Assembly (NCBI GenBank): GCA_026646655.1
Contig: JAPKHT010000008.1
Location: 8,426 to 72,425 of the forward strand
Length of the DNA: 64,000 nucleotides
Direction of reading: 5' to 3'
DNA from: Verrucomicrobiia bacterium
Lineage (GTDB): Bacteria > Verrucomicrobiota > Verrucomicrobiia > JADLBR01
Part shown: one piece after another, positions 9,882-20,075 of the stretch
Layout: each line of letters starts with the position of its first letter
Position numbering within the stretch: the stretch's first letter is position 1
Made by a program: the position numbers and the translations under genes
Notes under the pieces: generated by a model
Database searches by the model: none
Seen by the model: the letters and a program-made list of their open reading frames with translations, nothing else
What the model was told of the DNA's origin: nothing

Positions 9882-11837
9882 ATGTGCGGCATCGCGGGCA
9901 TCTGGTTTCGGGACGGCCGTCCGGTGGAGGAGGGGCCGCTGCGCGGCATGAACGCGATGCTGGCCCACCGCGGGCCGGACGGCGATCGCGTCCTTGCGGA
10001 GGGGCCGGTGGGCTTTGGGCACCGCCGGCTCGGCATCCTCGATCTGTCGCGGAACGGGGATCAACCGATGGCTTCGGGGGATGGTCGGTTCTGGGTGACA
10101 TTCAACGGCGAGATCCACAACTATGTGGAATTGCGCTACGCGTTGGTCGCGCTGGGGCGCCGCTTTCGATCGACGGGGGATAGCGAGGTCATCCTCGGCG
10201 CCTTCGAGGAATGGGGCAGCGGCTGTTTTGCCCGCTTCAACGGGATGTGGGCGATCGCGATCTGGGACCGCCGGGACCGGGAACTGACGCTGTGCCGGGA
10301 CCGGTTCGGGATCAAGCCGCTCTGCTACAGCGCGCGCGGTGCGCGGATCGCGTTTGCCTCGGAACCCAAGGCCATCCTCCGGGCGTTTCCCGAGGAGCGC
10401 GAGGCCGACATGGACGAGGTCCACGCCTTCGTGCTGGGCGTGAGCCCCGATCGCGGCACCGCCACGTTCTTTCGGAACATACGCTCCGTTCCGCCCGGGA
10501 AATATCTGGTGTTTTGCGAGGGGGGCGCCGTCCGCGAAGCGGGCTACTGGGATTTCGAGCCGGGGCGCGAGGAGCCCGACGCGCGGGCGGAGGAGAAGTT
10601 CCGGCACCTGCTGACCGACTCGGTGCGGCTCCGGTTGCGCAGCGATGTGCCGGTCGCCGCGCTGCTCAGCGGGGGGCTCGATTCGTCGGCGGTGACCCGC
10701 CTCGCGGCCGGCATGGCGAACGAGCCGATCCAATGCTTCTCGCTCCGCCTGCGCGAGGCGGATCACGACGAGAGCCGGTTCTCGGCCATGGCGGCGGACG
10801 ACCCGGCGCGATTCCGCATCCACTGGGTCGAGCCCGGGCCCGGAGGCATGCCCGAGACGATGCGCGGGATCACCTGGCACCACGATGCGCCCATGCCGAT
10901 GCGCGGGCGGTGTGGCATGTGGGCCCTGTACGGCGCGGTGCGGGAACGCGCCAAGGTCGCGCTGATCGGCGAGGGCGGCGACGAGATGCTGGCGGGGTAT
11001 GACCGATTCCTGTTCCCCCACCTCCTGGACCAATGGCGGGACCGGGGCCTGGCGCGCGCGCTATCGCCGCGCGGGCTCCGGGAGGCGGTCGCGCTGACGG
11101 GACTCGACCCGGGCCCATGGTGGTTCACGTGGCCCAGCGTTTCGTTCATGCCCCTGGCCCTGGGCGCGGGGCTTGAAATGGGTTTCGCGCACCGATTCGT
11201 GCATCCCGATTTCCGGCGCGGGCGCCGTCCCATCGAGTGGGACGGTGTGCTCAACGCCTGGTTGCGGCGCGACGTGCCAAGGCCTTTCCGGAGCCACCTC
11301 AACAACGCGCTCTGGCTCGAGTTTCGGACCGCCGGATTGCCCGAACTCCTGCACGCCGCCGATGCGATGAGCATGGCCTTCTCCGTGGAGGCGCGACCCC
11401 CGTTCCTCGACCACCGCCTGGTCGAGTTCTGCTTTTCCCTGCCGCATGACGAGAAGATCCGCGATGGCTGGACCAAGAGCCTCCTGCGGCGGAGCACGGA
11501 CGGCATCCTCCCCGAGGCCATCCGGTGGCGGCGGGACAAGAAGGGGATGCCCACGCCCAACTCCGCGTGGATGCGGAGGGACGAGAACCTGGGCGCCTTC
11601 CGCGATCTCCTCGGCGAGCCGCGGACCCTCGGACGAGGGATTTTCGAGCCGCGCCAGTTGGCGGGCGTCTGCGACGATTTCCTGCGCGGGCGCCCCGGCT
11701 CGATCCTGCCCTACGACCGACTCCTGTGGCACTTCGTCACGCTGGAGATGTGGTTCCGCATGTTCATCGACGCCCCGGTCGCGCCGGAGGGCGCGGGAAT
11801 ACACCCCGTCGCGCCGAAAACGCACGCGGCGATTTGA
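9882..11837 (+). CDS. asnB: Asparagine synthase (glutamine-hydrolysing)-family amidotransferase
   Basis: N-terminal MCGIAG (Ntn Cys), HRGPD, FNGEIHNY, RDRFGIKPL, LSGGLDSS, GEGGDE, SVEARPPFLDH. Confidence 0.92.
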   Translation: MCGIAGIWFRDGRPVEEGPLRGMNAMLAHRGPDGDRVLAEGPVGFGHRRLGILDLSRNGDQPMASGDGRFWVTFNGEIHNYVELRYALVALGRRFRSTGDSEVILGAFEEWGSGCFARFNGMWAIAIWDRRDRELTLCRDRFGIKPLCYSARGARIAFASEPKAILRAFPEEREADMDEVHAFVLGVSPDRGTATFFRNIRSVPPGKYLVFCEGGAVREAGYWDFEPGREEPDARAEEKFRHLLTDSVRLRLRSDVPVAALLSGGLDSSAVTRLAAGMANEPIQCFSLRLREADHDESRFSAMAADDPARFRIHWVEPGPGGMPETMRGITWHHDAPMPMRGRCGMWALYGAVRERAKVALIGEGGDEMLAGYDRFLFPHLLDQWRDRGLARALSPRGLREAVALTGLDPGPWWFTWPSVSFMPLALGAGLEMGFAHRFVHPDFRRGRRPIEWDGVLNAWLRRDVPRPFRSHLNNALWLEFRTAGLPELLHAADAMSMAFSVEARPPFLDHRLVEFCFSLPHDEKIRDGWTKSLLRRSTDGILPEAIRWRRDKKGMPTPNSAWMRRDENLGAFRDLLGEPRTLGRGIFEPRQLAGVCDDFLRGRPGSILPYDRLLWHFVTLEMWFRMFIDAPVAPEGAGIHPVAPKTHAAI

Positions 11838-11860
11838 TCTCGATGACGGCGGTCCTCGGC

Positions 11861-12730
11861 CTATGAGCGGCGCCTGGCGCGCCATCCGAGGGCACCCAGC
11901 AGCGCCAGCGCCATGGCGGCCCATGTGCCGGGCTCCGGGATCACCGAGGACCACGTGCCGCCGAAACGGATCTCGTCCACGAACGGATCATTGGCCCCCT
12001 GAAAATCGCCGAACGATATCCGGTCGAATGAGAAATCGCCGGCGCCCAGCAGGCTGGCCGTGGCGAGCGTGGGTTCGGCCAGCAGGTTCGTGGGATCCAG
12101 GTAGCCGTAAACGCTGTCGTCGCCCGAGTTGAAAACGAACTTGAGCACGATGAAGTGCGTGTTGGTGTCGACCGGGCCCGACGTCAACTGCGCGATGCTG
12201 TCGACCCTGTCGTAGATGGCGAGCCGGTTCTGTTGGTCCGTCTGGATCTGGAAGACCATGTTGCCATCGGCGTCCCCGTCCCGCTGGAGCGTGAGCGGGC
12301 TGGAGTACTGGCCGTTGGTGTTGACATACTTGAACAGGAGGCTCGCGTAGAGGGTCTCGCCATCGGCGCCGATATTGCCGGCGCTATCCAGGTAGCCATT
12401 GAGTCCGAATAGCCCGCCCGCGTTGGTGTCCATGGTGCGCCCGGTATTGCCCCCGAGAATCTGGACCTTGTTTCCGGTGACATCCACGCCGCGCCCATTC
12501 AGGTCGGTGTATGAAAGGCTATTGGTGACCACGGCGGTGTCGTTGCCCGACACGAATTCCCGCCAGTTGTTGGTGAAACCGTAGCCGGTCGCCGTGTTGT
12601 TGATGAGCGTCAGGTTCGTGGGATAGTCGAAGCCCTCGTGCGCGAGCGATTGCGCCCGCCCGGGCGATGCCCCAGCCCACAGCAGATGCAGCACGACCGC
12701 AGACACAATGATGGCACTTGTCTGTTTCAT
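11861..12730 (-). CDS. PEP-CTERM sorting-domain surface protein
   Basis: Signal peptide (…GRAQS), Asn/Thr/Gly-rich body, C-terminal IPEPGTWAAMALALLGALGWRARRRS. GGAGG RBS. Confidence 0.92.
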   Translation of the reverse strand: MKQTSAIIVSAVVLHLLWAGASPGRAQSLAHEGFDYPTNLTLINNTATGYGFTNNWREFVSGNDTAVVTNSLSYTDLNGRGVDVTGNKVQILGGNTGRTMDTNAGGLFGLNGYLDSAGNIGADGETLYASLLFKYVNTNGQYSSPLTLQRDGDADGNMVFQIQTDQQNRLAIYDRVDSIAQLTSGPVDTNTHFIVLKFVFNSGDDSVYGYLDPTNLLAEPTLATASLLGAGDFSFDRISFGDFQGANDPFVDEIRFGGTWSSVIPEPGTWAAMALALLGALGWRARRRS

Positions 12731-12869
12731 CACGACCTCCTCCAATGGATGTGCATTTTGAGCCAAAAAATGGGGCGCGAACAAGACCGCATGCACCCGC
12801 CCGGCAAACTATTAGCCGAGCTCTGTTAGGTCATTAAAACCTAATTTAGATCCCGACGATGTGCCGGTC

Positions 12870-14351
12870 TCACGCGACGAGGCCGCGGATGACGTGGGCC
12901 TTCTGGACGCCGGTGAGTTTCTGGTTGAGGCCCTGGAAGGGGACGATGAGGCGCTCGTGGTCGATGCCGAGGAGGTGGAGCAGGGTGGCGTGGAGGTCGC
13001 GGACGTGGACGGGGTCTTTGGCGACGGAGAAACCGACGGGGTCGGTCTCGCCGTGGGAGGTGCCGGCGCGGGTGCCGCCGCCGGCCAGCCAGACCGTGAA
13101 GGCGTCCTTGTGGTGGTCACGGCCGAAGAAGGGTTTGTCGACGCCGGCGCGCAGCTCGCGCATGGGGGTGCGCCCGAACTCGCCCCCCCAGACGACGAGG
13201 GTGTCCTCGAGCATGCCGCGCTGCTTGAGGTCGATGAGCAGGGCGGTCATGGCCTGGTCGACGTCGAGGCACTTCTGCTTGAGGCCGACATCGACGGAGC
13301 CGTCCTCGGAGGTGCCGTGGTGGTCCCAGTTCCAGTCGAACAGTTGGATATATCGGACGCCGCGCTCGGCCAGGCGGCGGGCGAGGAGGCAGTTGTTGGC
13401 GAAGGATTCCCTGCCGGGGCGGGTGCCATAGAGGCGGTGGATGTGCTCGGGCTCGCTTGAGATGTCCATGGCCTCGTGGGCGTGGAGCTGCATGCGGTGG
13501 GCCATCTCGAACTGGGCGATGCGGGTCATCGTTTCCGGGTCGCCGATCTCCTCGTAGAGCCTGCGGTTGATCTCTTCGATGGCCGAGAGGGCGCGGCGCC
13601 GGACGTCGTGGGTGACGCCCTTCGGGTTGGAGAGATAGAGGACGGGGTCGCCCTCGGAGCGACACTGGACGCCCTGGTACACGGAGGGCAGGAAGCCGGC
13701 GCCCCAGGCGGCCTTGCCGGCATCCGGCTGGCTGCCGCCGGAGATGAGCACGACGAAGCCGGGGAGGTTCTGGTTCTCGGTGCCGAGGCCGTAGGTGACC
13801 CACGAGCCGATCGAGGCATAGCCGAGGTTGGCGTTGCCGGTGTGGAGCAGCAGCTGTGCCGGGGCGTGGTTGAACTGGTCGGTCTGCATCGACTTGACGA
13901 GGCAGACGTCGTCGATGACCTTCCGGAAATTGGCCAGGAGGTCGGACACCATCGTGCCGCTGGCGCCGGAGGGGGAGAACCTGTGGCGCGGGCCGAGCAT
14001 GGCGGGCACCCCGGTGATGAACGCGAAACGCTGGCCCTCGAGATATTCCTTCGGGCACGGCTTCCCGTCGAGGCGCGCCAGCTCCGGCTTGTGGTCGAAG
14101 AGATCCAGCTGGCTCGGCGCGCCCGACATGTGGAGGTAGATGACCCGCCGGGCGCGCGGGGGGGCGTGCGGGGAGAACTGCTCCATGGGCCTGGCGAGGT
14201 CGCGCGCGGGCGCCGCGGGCGCTGATGCGCGGGCCTTGCCCAGCGCCTCCGCCAGCCACAGCGCGCCGAGTCCCGTGGCGCAGTCCCGCAGGAAATGGCG
14301 GCGCGTCGCCAGGCCGACGTATTCCCGCGCCAGGTGCCCGCTCGCGCTCAT
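12870..14351 (-). CDS. DUF1501 family protein (Tat-like signal)
   Basis: TRRHFL twin-Arg motif, GAPSQLDLFDHKP, WDHHG, WGGEFGRTP, GRDHH, PVHVRDLHATLLHLLGIDHERL. Start overlaps the upstream stop codon. Confidence 0.92.
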   Translation of the reverse strand: MSASGHLAREYVGLATRRHFLRDCATGLGALWLAEALGKARASAPAAPARDLARPMEQFSPHAPPRARRVIYLHMSGAPSQLDLFDHKPELARLDGKPCPKEYLEGQRFAFITGVPAMLGPRHRFSPSGASGTMVSDLLANFRKVIDDVCLVKSMQTDQFNHAPAQLLLHTGNANLGYASIGSWVTYGLGTENQNLPGFVVLISGGSQPDAGKAAWGAGFLPSVYQGVQCRSEGDPVLYLSNPKGVTHDVRRRALSAIEEINRRLYEEIGDPETMTRIAQFEMAHRMQLHAHEAMDISSEPEHIHRLYGTRPGRESFANNCLLARRLAERGVRYIQLFDWNWDHHGTSEDGSVDVGLKQKCLDVDQAMTALLIDLKQRGMLEDTLVVWGGEFGRTPMRELRAGVDKPFFGRDHHKDAFTVWLAGGGTRAGTSHGETDPVGFSVAKDPVHVRDLHATLLHLLGIDHERLIVPFQGLNQKLTGVQKAHVIRGLVA

Positions 14352-17296
14352 CGCGTCATGACCCGGTCGAGATTGAGGATGGCGCCGGCGACGACGACCA
14401 TGGCGGCTTGCTCGGGCGGGATGGGCGCGGCGGCGTCCTTGGAGAGGTTGCGGTACATGGCGGCGGTATCCTGGTACAGGGACGCGAGCGACTCGACGTC
14501 GGCCGGCTCCGCCAATTCCAGGGTGGCGAGGCGCAGCCCCTCGGCGATCGCCTCCTTCGGGGGGCGGTCGGGGGAGGCCGCCATGCGTTTGGCCAACGAC
14601 TGCGCGCACTCGAGGTAGACGGGGTCGTTGAGCGTCACCAGGGCCTGGAGCGGGGTGTTGGTGGGGATGCGGCGCATCGAGCAGACCTCGCGCAGCGGCG
14701 CGTCGAAGGTGACGAAGCTCGGGTAGGGCGAGAGGCGCTTCCAGTACGTGTACACCGCGCGGCGGAAGCGGTCCTCGCCCTTGGATTCGACCCATTTCGC
14801 GTTGCTGCGGGCGCTGCGCCAGACCCCCTCGGGCTGCGGCGGCATGACCGGGGGCCCGTACATCTTCGCGCTGAGCAGTCCGGCGACCGCCAGGGACTGG
14901 TCGCGCACCATCTCCGCGGTCAGGCGCTGCCGCGGCCCTCGGCTGAGGAATCTATTCCGCGGGTCTTTCTCGCGCTTCTCGGGCGTCGCGACCGCATCCT
15001 GGCGATACGTGGCAGAGAGCACGATCTCGCGCATCAGCGCCTTCGTGTCCCACTTCAGATCGACCGCGAACCGGCGCGCCAGATGATCGAGCAACTCGGG
15101 ATGGCTGGGCGGCGTGCCCGGGCTCCCGAAATCCTCGAGCGTCTCGACGATGCCGAGGCCGAAGAGCTGTTCCCAGATGCGGTTGGCGGCGACGCGAGCG
15201 GTGAGCGGGTTCGCGGGGTCCGCGATCCAGCGGGCGAGGCCGAGGCGGTTGGGCGGCGCGTTGGTCGGGAACGCGTGGAGGATGGACGGCACGCCGGCCC
15301 GGACGGCATCGCCACGGTCCAGCCAATTGCCGCGGCGAAAGACGCGTGTCTCGCGCGCGAGCGCCGCCGGCAATTCCCGCATGACGGGCACCCGTGTCGC
15401 AGGGATCTTCTTGATCTCCTCCAGCAGCCGGGACCTTTCCGTCAGGGCCGCCGCGGCGCGCTGGCGCAGCTGCTGCTCGTTCCACCGGGGATCGGAATCG
15501 ACGCGGATCGTGAAACGCCGGAGGATGGGCTGCTGCGCGCCATCGTGGCCGAACTTGTGGTGGATCCGGAAAACGAGCTGCTCCTTGGGCTTCAGCTCGA
15601 TCGGCGCCGCGGGGAGGAACACGGCCCAGCGCGGGTGGGTCTGCTTCGGGTAGCAACCCCAGCCCTCCTTGGACTTGGGGTCGAGCGAGTCCATAGGCCA
15701 GAGCGGGTCTCCCGCGACATCCGAGACCGCGAGCGCCATGGGCTGCGGCGTCTCCTTCCCGCGGGGATCGCGCACCGCGCACTCGAGATACGAGACGACG
15801 AAGGGGTCGCCCGGCGATGCGGCGGACTTGCCCTCTTGCATCAGGGCGTCGATGCGCACCGCGTCCACCCGGCGCACCGGCGATGCGCCCGCCACGGTGT
15901 GCACGCTGCCCGCCGGGGTGTCGGCACCCGTGGCGAGCATCCTCTTGCCCGGGCCGAGTTCCCGTACGAGCAACCGCGTCTTGTCGGTGGAGCCCGCCTC
16001 CCGATAGTCGAGGTCCCGCCACTCCGCGCGCGCCGCGAGCGCCTGGAATGGCGACATAAAATCCGCCTCCGTCCTGGAGAGCGCCTCCTCCAGCTGGAAT
16101 AGCTCCAGACGCCGCTTGTCGTCGAGGGCGACCCCCCGCATCGGGTGGTGGTCGCGGGTGTCGTGGTCGGCGGTGCTGTTGAAAAAGGCCATGAACCGGT
16201 AGTAGTCCTCGTGGGGGAATGGGTCGTAGGGGTGCGAGTGGCACTGCACGCAGCCGAAGGTCGTGCCCATGAAAGCCTGCCACGTCGTGTTCACCCGATC
16301 GATGACGGCCGCGACGCGGTACTCCTCGTCGTCGGTGCCGCCCTCGACATTGGTCTTCGTGTTCCGGTGGAACGCGGTCGCGATCCAGGCGTCGGGCCCC
16401 GCATTGGGCAGGAGGTCGCCGGCGAGCTGCGCCTGCACGAACTGGTCGTAGGGGAGGTTGGCGTTGAAGGCGCGGATGACCCAGTCCCGGTAGGCCCAGA
16501 TGTCGCGGTGCGAGTCCTTCTCGAAACCGTCGGTGTCGGCGTAGCGCGCGAGGTCGAGCCACATCGAGGCCCAGCGTTCGCCAAAGCGCGGCGAGGCCAG
16601 CAGCCGATCCACCGCCCTCGCGTAGGCGTCCGCGGAACCATCCTTCTCGAACGCCCGCGCCTCCTCGGGCGTCGGCGGCAGGCCGGTGAGGTCCAGCGAG
16701 ACGCGGCGCAACAACCGCGCCCGCGGCGCCTGGGCCGCGGGTTTCAGTCCCATCGCCTCCAGCCGCGCCAGCACGAAACGGTCGATGTCGTTCTGGCACC
16801 AGGCGCGATCGCTCACCGCCGGAAGTTCCGGGCGCCTCGGCGGCGCGAACGCCCAGTGTTCTGCCCACGGGGCGCCTTCCTGGATCCAGCGCTCCAGCAG
16901 CGCGACCTGCTCCGGCCCCAGCGCCTTGCCGTGATCCGGCGGCGGCATCCGCACGTCCGGATCGGTCGATCGGACCCGCGCCAGCAGTTCCGAACGGGAC
17001 GGATCCCCGGGCACGATCGCCGCGCGCCCCGACTTCTGCGTCGCCAGCGCCCGTTCCCGGTAGACGAACGACAGGCCCCCCGCCTGCTTCACGCCGCCGT
17101 GGCACGATGTGCAGTTACCGTTCAGGATCGGGCGCACGCCCGCGTTGAAATCGACCGCCGAGGGCGCCGTGGCCCCCGCGGCCTCGCGCCGGGCCTCGCC
17201 CTCCGCCGCCTTGCGCGAGCAGCCGCCCGCGCAGAGCGCCGCGGCCAGCCCTACGAGAGTCCACCCGCGCGCCATCATCCTCGCCCCAGAATCCAT
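14348..17296 (-). CDS. Planctomycete-type cytochrome c / DUF1549 / DUF1553 protein
   Basis: CTSCHG and CVQCHSH heme motifs, LLRRVSLDLTGLPPT, WLDLARYADTDG, NPLTARVAANRIW, PSHPELLDHLA, TNTPLQALVTLND. Confidence 0.93.
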   Translation of the reverse strand: MDSGARMMARGWTLVGLAAALCAGGCSRKAAEGEARREAAGATAPSAVDFNAGVRPILNGNCTSCHGGVKQAGGLSFVYRERALATQKSGRAAIVPGDPSRSELLARVRSTDPDVRMPPPDHGKALGPEQVALLERWIQEGAPWAEHWAFAPPRRPELPAVSDRAWCQNDIDRFVLARLEAMGLKPAAQAPRARLLRRVSLDLTGLPPTPEEARAFEKDGSADAYARAVDRLLASPRFGERWASMWLDLARYADTDGFEKDSHRDIWAYRDWVIRAFNANLPYDQFVQAQLAGDLLPNAGPDAWIATAFHRNTKTNVEGGTDDEEYRVAAVIDRVNTTWQAFMGTTFGCVQCHSHPYDPFPHEDYYRFMAFFNSTADHDTRDHHPMRGVALDDKRRLELFQLEEALSRTEADFMSPFQALAARAEWRDLDYREAGSTDKTRLLVRELGPGKRMLATGADTPAGSVHTVAGASPVRRVDAVRIDALMQEGKSAASPGDPFVVSYLECAVRDPRGKETPQPMALAVSDVAGDPLWPMDSLDPKSKEGWGCYPKQTHPRWAVFLPAAPIELKPKEQLVFRIHHKFGHDGAQQPILRRFTIRVDSDPRWNEQQLRQRAAAALTERSRLLEEIKKIPATRVPVMRELPAALARETRVFRRGNWLDRGDAVRAGVPSILHAFPTNAPPNRLGLARWIADPANPLTARVAANRIWEQLFGLGIVETLEDFGSPGTPPSHPELLDHLARRFAVDLKWDTKALMREIVLSATYRQDAVATPEKREKDPRNRFLSRGPRQRLTAEMVRDQSLAVAGLLSAKMYGPPVMPPQPEGVWRSARSNAKWVESKGEDRFRRAVYTYWKRLSPYPSFVTFDAPLREVCSMRRIPTNTPLQALVTLNDPVYLECAQSLAKRMAASPDRPPKEAIAEGLRLATLELAEPADVESLASLYQDTAAMYRNLSKDAAAPIPPEQAAMVVVAGAILNLDRVMTR

Positions 17297-17425
17297 GATC
17301 GCTTATACGACAGCGGGACACTCTAATGCACAGCGCCCACTTTGCCAACCCGGAGGGCGGGCGAAGGGCGGGGCGGCAATTTTCTTCTCGCCTACGGGCC
17401 CTGCGCCGATATGCGTAGGCGCGCG

Positions 17426-18643
17426 ATGAGACTCCGGGCCCTGCAGGGATTGCGACCGACGCCCGCGACCGCCCCGGCGGTGGCCGCGGTGCCCTATGAC
17501 GTGGTGGACACCGAGGAGGCCCGCGCGCTGGCGGAGGGCAATCCCCTGAGCCTGCTGCACGTCACGCGGGCCGAGATCGATTTCCCGGAAGGGACCGACC
17601 CGCACTCCGACGCCGTCTACCGCCGCGCGTCCGAGAATCTGCATCGCCTCGAGCGCGAGGGCGCGCTCATCCGCGAGAAGGGCCCGTGCCTCTACCTCTA
17701 TCGGCTCACGATGGGCCCGCACCAGCAGACGGGGCTCGCCGGGCTCTTCCACATCGATGACTACGCCTCCGACGTCATCCGCAAGCACGAGAGGACGCGG
17801 CGCGACAAGGAGGACGACCGCACGCGGACGGCGCACGAGCTCAATGCCCACGTCGAGCCGGTGTTCCTGGCCTACCGCGACGATCCGGCGATCGACCGGC
17901 TCGTGCAATGGGCGCAGGCCGCCGCGCCGCTCTTCGATCTGGTGGCCCCGGATGGCGTGCGCCACACGCTGTGGCGCGTGGCCGGCGTGGACACCTTCAT
18001 CGGCGCCTTCGGCAAAGTCCCCGTGGCCTACGTCGCCGACGGGCACCACCGGAGCGCCAGCGCCGCGCGCGTCGGCCAGGAGCGCCGGTCGGCCAACCCG
18101 CGGCACACGGGCGAGGAGCCGTACAACTGGTTCCCGGCGGTGATCTTCCCCGCCTCGCAGCTCCGCATCCTCGCCTACAACCGCCGGGTGCTCGACCTCA
18201 ATGGCCACTCCGCGGCGGCGTTCCTCGATGCGCTGCGCGAGGTCGCCCCCGTCACGGCGGGTGCGCCGCCCGAACCCCGCGGGCCCGGCGAGGTATCGAT
18301 GTATCTCGGGGAGACATGGTATTCCGTCGCTCTCCCCGGGCCCGCCTCCGATGATCCCGTCGCCCGACTCGATGTCTCCGTCCTCCAGGACCGCATCCTA
18401 GGCCCGGTCCTCGGCATCGATGACCCGCGCACCAGCCAGCGCATCGAGTTCATCGGGGGGATCCGCGGCACCGGCGAACTGGAGGCGCGGGTCCGCGCGC
18501 ACGGGGGCGTCGCCTTCTCGATGGCTCCGGTCACCATGGCCCAGCTCATGTCTGTGGCGGACGCGGGGCGCATCCTCCCGCCGAAGAGCACATGGTTTGA
18601 GCCCAAGCTCCGCTCGGGCTTCTTCATCCACGCGCTGGATTGA
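17426..18643 (+). CDS. DUF1015 family protein
   Basis: AVPYDVV, IRKHERTR, YVADGHHRSASA, LPPKSTWFEPKLRSG. Confidence 0.9.
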   Translation: MRLRALQGLRPTPATAPAVAAVPYDVVDTEEARALAEGNPLSLLHVTRAEIDFPEGTDPHSDAVYRRASENLHRLEREGALIREKGPCLYLYRLTMGPHQQTGLAGLFHIDDYASDVIRKHERTRRDKEDDRTRTAHELNAHVEPVFLAYRDDPAIDRLVQWAQAAAPLFDLVAPDGVRHTLWRVAGVDTFIGAFGKVPVAYVADGHHRSASAARVGQERRSANPRHTGEEPYNWFPAVIFPASQLRILAYNRRVLDLNGHSAAAFLDALREVAPVTAGAPPEPRGPGEVSMYLGETWYSVALPGPASDDPVARLDVSVLQDRILGPVLGIDDPRTSQRIEFIGGIRGTGELEARVRAHGGVAFSMAPVTMAQLMSVADAGRILPPKSTWFEPKLRSGFFIHALD

Positions 18644-18668
18644 CTCGAATATTGCCGCGCCACCCCCC

Positions 18669-18716
18669 GCAGCCGAACGCGCGAGCGTTTGGCCAAAGCC
18701 TCGCGGCTTCGGCCAC
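18669..18716. repeat. REP-like inverted doublet (GYRGCCGAA... hairpins)
   Basis: gcagccgaacgcgcgagcgtttgg followed by the reverse complement of gtggccgaagccgcgaggctttgg. Similar copies at 21844 and 33720. Confidence 0.7.
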
Positions 18717-18754
18717 TTCTTTTGCCCCGGTGGTCCCTCGCCCCGAGCCGCGTA

Positions 18755-19837
18755 TCAGATCGGCCCCGGCGGGGGATGCGCGGTCTCCGCCTCGATGCGG
18801 GCCTTTTCGGCGGGCCACTTGGCGAGGAGGACCGCGACCCAGCGCAAGTCGTCGGTATTCTCCAGCGCGATCTTCAGGATCATGGTCAGCGGCACCGAGA
18901 GCAGCATTCCCATCGGGCCCCAGACCCAGCCCCAGAACACCAGCGACAGGATCACCACCAGCGTCGAGATGCCAAACTGGCGCCCCTGCAAGGTGGGCTC
19001 GATGATGTTGCCCAGGGCCACGTTGATCCCGATGTAACCGAGCATCACCAGGAACGCCTGGCCCGGGCCGCCGAACAGCCCGAGGATGATGGGCGGTATC
19101 GCGGCCAGGATGGACCCGATCGTCGGGATGTAGTTCAGCGCGAAGGCCACGATGCCCCACAGGATGGGAAAATCGACGCCGAGCAGGGCCGTCCACAGCC
19201 CCGCCAGGATGCCCGTCACGAGGCTCACGCCCGTCTTGATCCCGAGGTACTGCTGCACCTCGCCAACGATCTTCCGAAAGCGGCCCAGGTCGGCTTTCTC
19301 GCCGAGCAGGAAGCGCAGCTTCTCCGGGAAACCGGATGCCTCGGCCAGCATGAACACCATGATCAGCAGGACGAGGAACGTGCTGGAGAGCACGGAGGCC
19401 AGGCGGGCCACGGTGCCCTGCGCCAGGTCGATCACGGCGCCCGGGTCGATCAGGGAGAGCGGCACCTCCTTGGCCATCGGAACGCCCCGGTCGACCAGCC
19501 ACTGCACCCCGTCCCGGATCAAACCCTCCATCTGCTTCCGGTACTTCGGGACGGCTGCCTGGAATTGGCTCAGCGACTCGGTCGCCAGAAAGATGACCAC
19601 GCTGAGGACGGCGACGATGGCCAGCACCGACAGCAGCACGGCGACGGGGCGCGGCACGCCGCGCCTCTGCATGCCCAGCATCATCGGCACGCTCAGGATC
19701 GCCAGAAACAGCGCCAGCGAGAAAGGCAGCAGCACCGGGGACGCCATCTTCAGGCCGTGCACCACCACGACCAGGCACGCCGCCACGAAGAGGAATCGCG
19801 CCCCCGCCTTGCTGCTGCCGCCCAGCACGGGGTTCAT
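18755..19837 (-). CDS. AI-2E family transporter
   Basis: Multiple hydrophobic segments, LNYIPTIGS, GNIIEP, FWGWVWGPMGMLLSVPLT. Confidence 0.9.
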   Translation of the reverse strand: MNPVLGGSSKAGARFLFVAACLVVVVHGLKMASPVLLPFSLALFLAILSVPMMLGMQRRGVPRPVAVLLSVLAIVAVLSVVIFLATESLSQFQAAVPKYRKQMEGLIRDGVQWLVDRGVPMAKEVPLSLIDPGAVIDLAQGTVARLASVLSSTFLVLLIMVFMLAEASGFPEKLRFLLGEKADLGRFRKIVGEVQQYLGIKTGVSLVTGILAGLWTALLGVDFPILWGIVAFALNYIPTIGSILAAIPPIILGLFGGPGQAFLVMLGYIGINVALGNIIEPTLQGRQFGISTLVVILSLVFWGWVWGPMGMLLSVPLTMILKIALENTDDLRWVAVLLAKWPAEKARIEAETAHPPPGPI

Positions 19838-19988
19838 CGCACTCCCCCCGGCGCCGGCGGGTCCGCCTGTCGAAAGACCACGCTCACTCCCCCCACATGC
19901 CACGAACACCCGGCCGTTGCAAGATTGCCGTGGCGCGCCGCACCAGGGGGGCGGGGGCGGCGCCCCCCCCGGATGGTCGGGACCGCGC

Positions 19989-20016
19989 TTGACGGGGGTC
20001 CTGACGGATTCATGAT
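19989..20016 (+). promoter_or_regulatory. Possible sigma70-type promoter for the sulfite reductase gene
   Basis: TTGACG - 16 nt - CATGAT about 60 nt upstream of the start. Consensus resemblance only. Confidence 0.3.
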
Positions 20017-20075
20017 GCCCATAAGAGAATCTGGTTTGGCAAAAGGGCCCTTCCGGACAGCTCTGTGGAGGCACC

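Noticed and set aside
12745-12775. Sigma54 promoter upstream of the PEP-CTERM gene (TGGCTCAAAATGC on the minus strand)
   Set aside because: GG-to-GC spacing is 8 nt rather than the required 10.
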